Positions 50,583 through 55,325 of a DNA stretch of 55,325 nt are shown here, one piece after another (position 1 is the stretch's first letter; each line of letters starts with the position of its first letter). Origin of the DNA: Fodinibius sp. (GTDB lineage: Bacteria > Bacteroidota > Rhodothermia > Balneolales > Balneolaceae). The translations under genes were made by a program, and so were the position numbers. The notes under the pieces were generated by a model. The model was not told the DNA's origin. It saw nothing but the letters and a program-made list of their open reading frames with translations, and made no database searches. Location: contig JBEPXF010000003.1 of the NCBI GenBank assembly GCA_041642075.1, positions 1-55,325 of the forward strand. The letters run 5' to 3'.

Positions 50583-50930
50583 TTAAATTTGCTGATTGAA
50601 AGGTCTGACCAAACTTTCCCATCGCCGACGAAACATATTCTGCCGCATCCAGAAACCTCTTTTTACCTCTTCAAAGTGTTCCAGAACTTCAATGAAATAT
50701 GTCGCCAGGGTTTCAGCCCTGGTTCATCAGCATCTCAATTAAATCCCGCATCCAAAATACACTTAATATCTGTGTAGTATTTCACTCCATCAATCCTTTT
50801 ATTATTTAATATAGAATTAAAATTAAATATGAGGATTCAGAGAACATATCAGGGAATAAGTAGTTTTTAGCATATTTTAAACTTTGCTGTGGCTCCCTTA
50901 AAAAGGAGCGCCTAAGTTTGGAAAGTATCT
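50583..50930 (-). pseudogene. Eroded paralog of the downstream phospholipase D/cardiolipin synthase gene
   Basis: 3' remnant AETLATYFIEVLEHFEEVKRGFWMRQNMFRRRWESLVRPFNQQI* vs intact AETLVTDIKEDLEHCEKLKEGSWKRRNVFRQALETLSRPFKQQI*; weaker 5' remnants LGAPF*GSHSKV...LFPDM vs VGVPFSEGNSVKV...IFPSM. Confidence 0.75.
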
Positions 50931-51027
50931 TTCTCGCCCTCATGGGGAGTTATCGGAAATAACCTTGCTGAGGTTGCTGCCGGTTTCATCTTGCGGAATA
51001 AAATTCTTATCATTTCACTAATATTAA

Positions 51028-52524
51028 ATGAGGGACACCAATTTGATCGATCCTGCTTTTATATTGCTTCAAAGCATCGAAGATACCTTTTATACCTTTC
51101 TTCAAAATATCCGTATTGTCGATGTGCTGGATATTATCATCATTTCCTTTTTTCTCTATATCGTACTGAACTGGTTGCGCCAAAGTGCCTCGCGCCGCAA
51201 TTTACTTAGTTTTTTATTGATATTAATTGTTTATGTCATTGCCCGCTTTACCGGTATGTACCTCACGGAACTACTTATCGAGGGACTTTTCGTTATAATT
51301 CTGATCGGTATTATCGTGGTATTCCAATCAGACATGCGGCGGATCATCGACCGCATCGGCAACTGGCGGTTTTTTGATATCTCTCAACCTGATTCTACGG
51401 ATATTTCAACCAGCATCATTACAGAAGCAGTAGCCAAAATGGCGGATCAACGAACCGGAGCCCTCATTGTGCTCAAAGGCAGAGAAGATTGGGACCGGCA
51501 TGTTCATGGCGGTATTGAGCTCGATGGCAAGATTACGATCCCACTGCTGCACAGCATCTTCAACACCAAAGCTCCCGGTCACGATGGAGCCGTGCTCAGC
51601 GATGGACAGCGAATTCTAAAGTTTGGGGTCCACCTACCCCTTTCAACCAATTTATATAAACTGTCGCGCGGCGGTACGCGACACACAGCTGCACTGGGAC
51701 TTTCGGAAAAATGCGATGCCCTGATAATTGTGGTCTCGGAAGAACGGGGAACCATTAGTATTGCACAAAACGGCCAAATCAAAGAACTGGAATCCCACAG
51801 CGACCTCAAAAAACATCTCGATGAATTTTGGGCCGAATATTATCAATCAAACACGACATCCTACAAACAATGGGGCGAAAGCCGTAGCCTGAAAACCGCC
51901 CTGGCCGCAGGCAGCCTGGCCTTTATTCTGTGGCTATCCTTTGCCTATCCTTCGGAGACCGTATATCGAACGTATGCCGTACCCATTGAATACAGCAACC
52001 TTGAGTCCACCCCTTATGCCCTCCAGGATACGGTGCCACTGCAAGCGCGCGTTACCCTCTCGGGATCCGAGCAAGCCTTTCGAACCCTCGATCCCTCGGA
52101 CTTGTTTATATCGTTTGACCTATCCTCCGAGGAGGTCGAAGACCTTGAACTCGATATCGACAGCGACAATATCAACCTCCCGGCAGGATTACAGTTTTTC
52201 GAAGCTTCTCCGCCCACGCTCCAGCTTAAAAAACAATACTTTGTCCCTACTACCGTCCCGGTAAAAGTACCCGTGACCGGTACCATAGCAGAGGACCTTC
52301 AATTTCAATCTGCCGTCCCCTCTCCCGAAACCATAACTGTCTTGGTGGATACCGCTTCTGCTTCAATCGACTCGGTTATGACCGAACCTGTGGATCTAAG
52401 CCAAATTGAGGAGCAGACCGTGCAACAAAAAGCACTTCAGCTGGAAGGCGACTCATTTCGCCTGCCTGAGCAGGCTTCCCCAAATATCAGCGTAACCATA
52501 AACGTACATAAGGTTGAATCATAA
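51028..52524 (+). CDS. Diadenylate cyclase, CdaA-type, fused to a TM helix and YbbR (CdaR-like) domains
   Basis: 3 N-terminal TMs (DVLDIII...VVFQSDMRR), TGALIV, GHDGAV, GTRHTAALGLSE, VVSEERGTIS; then LAFILW TM and YbbR-like VPIEY...RVTLSG and VPVKVPVTG...PETITV...TEPVDLS. Confidence 0.9.
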   Translation: MRDTNLIDPAFILLQSIEDTFYTFLQNIRIVDVLDIIIISFFLYIVLNWLRQSASRRNLLSFLLILIVYVIARFTGMYLTELLIEGLFVIILIGIIVVFQSDMRRIIDRIGNWRFFDISQPDSTDISTSIITEAVAKMADQRTGALIVLKGREDWDRHVHGGIELDGKITIPLLHSIFNTKAPGHDGAVLSDGQRILKFGVHLPLSTNLYKLSRGGTRHTAALGLSEKCDALIIVVSEERGTISIAQNGQIKELESHSDLKKHLDEFWAEYYQSNTTSYKQWGESRSLKTALAAGSLAFILWLSFAYPSETVYRTYAVPIEYSNLESTPYALQDTVPLQARVTLSGSEQAFRTLDPSDLFISFDLSSEEVEDLELDIDSDNINLPAGLQFFEASPPTLQLKKQYFVPTTVPVKVPVTGTIAEDLQFQSAVPSPETITVLVDTASASIDSVMTEPVDLSQIEEQTVQQKALQLEGDSFRLPEQASPNISVTINVHKVES

Positions 52525-52764
52525 TTTCTTTTTATGTTCCCAAGGTTTGATAGGTATAGTTGTCACTATCAAAAGGCCATAAAACCTATTCACTATAAGA
52601 ACTCTTTCCTTATTCCCGATCCTTCTCTCTTTTTAATAGAAAGCTTACCCTTTCAGGCGTGCAGGAATAAGCATCTTTTTTAAGCACCTTAAAGTCATAG
52701 AACGACTGATTCGAAGAAAAGCAAACGGTAGAGGATTCAGCCGTAAACAAAAACAGGTGAACCT

Positions 52765-53931
52765 TTAAATCTGCTGTTTGAAAGGTCTGGACAAAGTTTC
52801 CAATGCTTGGCGAAACACATTTCGTCGCTTCCAGCTCCCCTCTTTTAACTTTTCACAGTGCTCCAGATCTTCTTTGATATCTGTTACCAAAGTTTCGGCC
52901 AGATCTTCATTTAGTGCCACCAGGTTCACTTCATCATCTTTAAGCATCGAACGGTGGTTAAAGTTGGCAGAACCTATACATGAAACAACTCCGTCAATAA
53001 CAATAATCTTAGAATGCAGCATTGTTTTTTGATATTGCCAAATAGTAACACCCGCATCCAATAAATCATCAAAATAATCCCCACCTGCAATATTGGCCAC
53101 CCGCTTATCCATATGCTTTCCTGGAATCATAATCTGCACATTCACTCCGCGTTCGGCCGCATCGCACAATCGCTGTACCATTGGCTCATTGGGATTAAAG
53201 TATGCGGTTGTAATCCAGATGCTTTCTTGAGCCATTTGTATAAGAGTTTTATACAAAATGACGATATCACTCCACCGTACCGAAGCGGAAGTTCGCACCA
53301 TCTGTAAAGGAATATCTTGAATTGAATGGTCATCGGGCAGTGGTGTTTCACTATTATTTTTGTGCCAGGATAGTCCGATCTTAAGGTCCCTTCCCGCTTC
53401 AATCCAATTCTCTAGGAAAGCCGACTGTAATCCCTTTACCGCGGGACCTTCGATCCGGAAGTGAGTTTCTCTCCATTCAGAGGGATTACGAGCGTCTCCC
53501 TCCCATTCTTCTGCAATCCCCACTCCGCCGGTAAATGCTACACAGCCATCACAAATTAATACTTTGCGGTGAGTACGATTATCACTTTTCCACAACTTCC
53601 ATTGCTTAAAGGGGCGAAACCATTCTACCTCTACTCCGCTGGCCTCCATCAATTCAACCAGTTCTTCCGGCATAAAGGCCGCGCCGAAACTGTCTAAAAT
53701 AACCCGAACCTCTAAGCCTTCCTCCGCTTTTTTTGCCAATGTCCGGGCAAAACGATCAGCAATATCCCCTTCCCAGTAGACGAATGTAAGGAAATCGACT
53801 TGGTGTTGAGCATTTTGAATAGCCTCCAGCATGGATGGAAAAATTTCATCCCCGTTCTTTAATACTTTTACGGAATTCCCCTCCGAAAAAGGTACACCCA
53901 CCGTTGCTTCCAGGGTTTCTTTATAATCCAT
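52765..53931 (-). CDS. Phospholipase D / cardiolipin synthase (ClsB-like, no N-terminal TMs)
   Basis: Two HKD motifs, THRKVLICDG and LHSKIIVIDG; LKNGDEIFPSML; GSANFNHRS. Confidence 0.92.
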   Translation of the reverse strand: MDYKETLEATVGVPFSEGNSVKVLKNGDEIFPSMLEAIQNAQHQVDFLTFVYWEGDIADRFARTLAKKAEEGLEVRVILDSFGAAFMPEELVELMEASGVEVEWFRPFKQWKLWKSDNRTHRKVLICDGCVAFTGGVGIAEEWEGDARNPSEWRETHFRIEGPAVKGLQSAFLENWIEAGRDLKIGLSWHKNNSETPLPDDHSIQDIPLQMVRTSASVRWSDIVILYKTLIQMAQESIWITTAYFNPNEPMVQRLCDAAERGVNVQIMIPGKHMDKRVANIAGGDYFDDLLDAGVTIWQYQKTMLHSKIIVIDGVVSCIGSANFNHRSMLKDDEVNLVALNEDLAETLVTDIKEDLEHCEKLKEGSWKRRNVFRQALETLSRPFKQQI

Positions 53932-54076
53932 GCTTATACCGGTTACCGTATTTAAGTGGTAGAGAGAGTAGAATTAACTACTCAACATCAGAATTCCAAC
54001 ATTTTTTGATACCAGCCATAGCTGATAGTCAAATATACACCCTATACAGTATAGTCATGATAATATCATTCGTTTC

Positions 54077-54511
54077 CTATTTTTCCAACTCAGGATGTTG
54101 GTAAGTTGCTGCTAATCCAAGAATAGCTGATAAAAATAGGATGCCCGGTGCAAGTAAGGGGTAGGATCCTTTGATGGTCGGCCAAATAGCCTCCGCAGCT
54201 GAAAAAGAAGGGTTAATTTCCATCGTGAACTCGTAGTTTCCCATGAAATGTAAATACATACCATATAAACTGGCAAGGGCAATAAGTCCCATTATCCAGC
54301 GAAAGACTAATAATATATTACGACCCGGTTTTCTCCAGGCAGCTGCAGATATAAAAAAACCAATAATGGATAAGATAATAGGAATCCACTGCTGGGTTTC
54401 CTCATAATGCTCCAACAGATAAAGTTCAGCAATCGTCCCAATAAAAATAAAGGCAGCAACTCCCAATAAAAATGAACGGAGTTGCTGCTCAATAGTAGAT
54501 GAATGTTCCAC
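54077..54511 (-). CDS. Hypothetical 4-TM membrane protein
   Basis: Four hydrophobic helices, ELYLLEHY, GMYLH, PLLAPG; GTG start 3 nt after the upstream stop. Confidence 0.8.
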   Translation of the reverse strand: MEHSSTIEQQLRSFLLGVAAFIFIGTIAELYLLEHYEETQQWIPIILSIIGFFISAAAWRKPGRNILLVFRWIMGLIALASLYGMYLHFMGNYEFTMEINPSFSAAEAIWPTIKGSYPLLAPGILFLSAILGLAATYQHPELEK

Positions 54512-54514
54512 GAT

Positions 54515-55048
54515 TTATTCAGACTTTAAATACGTCTCTGCTGTGGCTAGCTCATCTTCATCGACATAAGAAGCGAGATTATCGAGAAATGCATCATTGG
54601 AGTCATACGGTCGTGCATCAATCAGCTCCTGTGCGGCATCGGCATCTATGCCCGGCAGTTGCTGAAGTGTGGCAGCATCGCTGTTATTCATTTCAACAGG
54701 AACGAAGATATATTCCTCATACGCAGCAACTTGTTTTTCATCCACATATTTTCCAATCTCCTGGCGGAATTGCTGAATACTAACATAGGGACGATATTCT
54801 TCAAATTCATGCACCATTTTATCCCCTACATTGGGAATTGTACTAAATTCTTCTCCGGAAGCGGTATTAACATTTAATTTTACTTCGGGTGCTGTTGCTG
54901 CTGTAGTATCTTGTTCAATAGTTCCTTGAGATGTGGACTCTTGTACTTCTTCCTGCTCATTGCTTTCGCTGCCGCCACAAGCTGCAACGCTCATCATCAT
55001 TAAGGCAATAAGTAAAGAGCCGGAAATTAACCTGTTTATTTTAATCAT
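54515..55048 (-). CDS. Lipoprotein with two ComEA-like helix-hairpin-helix modules
   Basis: Lipobox VAAC; LNVNTAS...IPNVG...YRPY and MNNSD...LQQLPGID...ARPY. Confidence 0.85.
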   Translation of the reverse strand: MIKINRLISGSLLIALMMMSVAACGGSESNEQEEVQESTSQGTIEQDTTAATAPEVKLNVNTASGEEFSTIPNVGDKMVHEFEEYRPYVSIQQFRQEIGKYVDEKQVAAYEEYIFVPVEMNNSDAATLQQLPGIDADAAQELIDARPYDSNDAFLDNLASYVDEDELATAETYLKSE

Positions 55049-55325
55049 TTCTTAATCCTTTTGTTTTTTTAAGTGCTTTGAGTTACAATTTCACCTGAAT
55101 ATAAAAGTTATATTGGTCGGCACCATATTTTTTATAGTATATCTGACTGGAAGTAAGCACCCAACGATTAGCTTAACAAGAAATAATTCCCTCACTTATT
55201 AAAGCTCATTATTTATTATATACGATTAGTCATTGAAAACATTGATAACCCTCATAGATAATAACAAAAACTTAATACCTGTTTTTGTTTATGCTCTGTA
55301 GAATAGTCTGTATCTTCAGCGCAGA

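Noticed and set aside
50885-51000. Small hairpins upstream of the diadenylate cyclase as a c-di-AMP (ydaO) riboswitch
   Set aside because: ydaO consensus elements are absent, and part of the region is explained as the 5' remnant of the cls pseudogene on the opposite strand
52525-52764. Stems TTTGATAG/CTATCAAA and CTTATTCC/GGAATAAG between the convergent cyclase and PLD genes as an ncRNA
   Set aside because: AT-rich 8-bp stems with large loops; not distinguishable from chance or weak terminators without comparative data
51028-55048. CBASS-like defence system (cyclase + phospholipase + 4-TM effector + DNA sensor)
   Set aside because: The cyclase is a membrane CdaA/DAC rather than a CD-NTase, it is convergent with the PLD rather than co-transcribed, and the PLD looks like an ordinary ClsB-type enzyme

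Overview
A 55.3 kb, moderately AT-rich bacterial chromosomal segment. Gene content and acidic proteins suggest a halophilic Balneolota/Bacteroidota relative, e.g. Fodinibius/Aliifodinibius-like (inference). The left ~40 kb is mostly core: recC-recB-recD (recD cut by the window edge), a fused 2-oxoacid dehydrogenase E1, Tat-exported Gfo/Idh/MocA + DUF1080 glycoside genes, queE and queD separated by an intact 745-bp IS1595-family (IS1016-like) element and a SIMPL gene, a redox/CoA operon, lysS, a LolC/E permease, a DUF3524 (QTMAN/GTDC1-like) glycosyltransferase, mutL, icd, an ECF sigma/anti-sigma/recO/HtrA operon, uvrC and a RluA-family synthase. From ~40 kb it is accessory and mosaic: an orphan Zn-less RsrA-like anti-sigma, a GC-shifted rmuC, a collagen/fibre-repeat lipoprotein, a GTAG-bounded palindrome cluster, two unannotated pseudogenes (VOC; eroded cls paralog), a CdaA-CdaR fusion diadenylate cyclase, a PLD/cardiolipin synthase and an HhH lipoprotein + 4-TM pair. 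No rRNA, tRNA or CRISPR array was seen. Best leads: the bacterial queuosine-mannosyltransferase homolog near que genes (plus an attenuator-like queD leader), the CdaA-CdaR fusion bracketed by cls copies, the fibre-like lipoprotein and the REP-like cluster.
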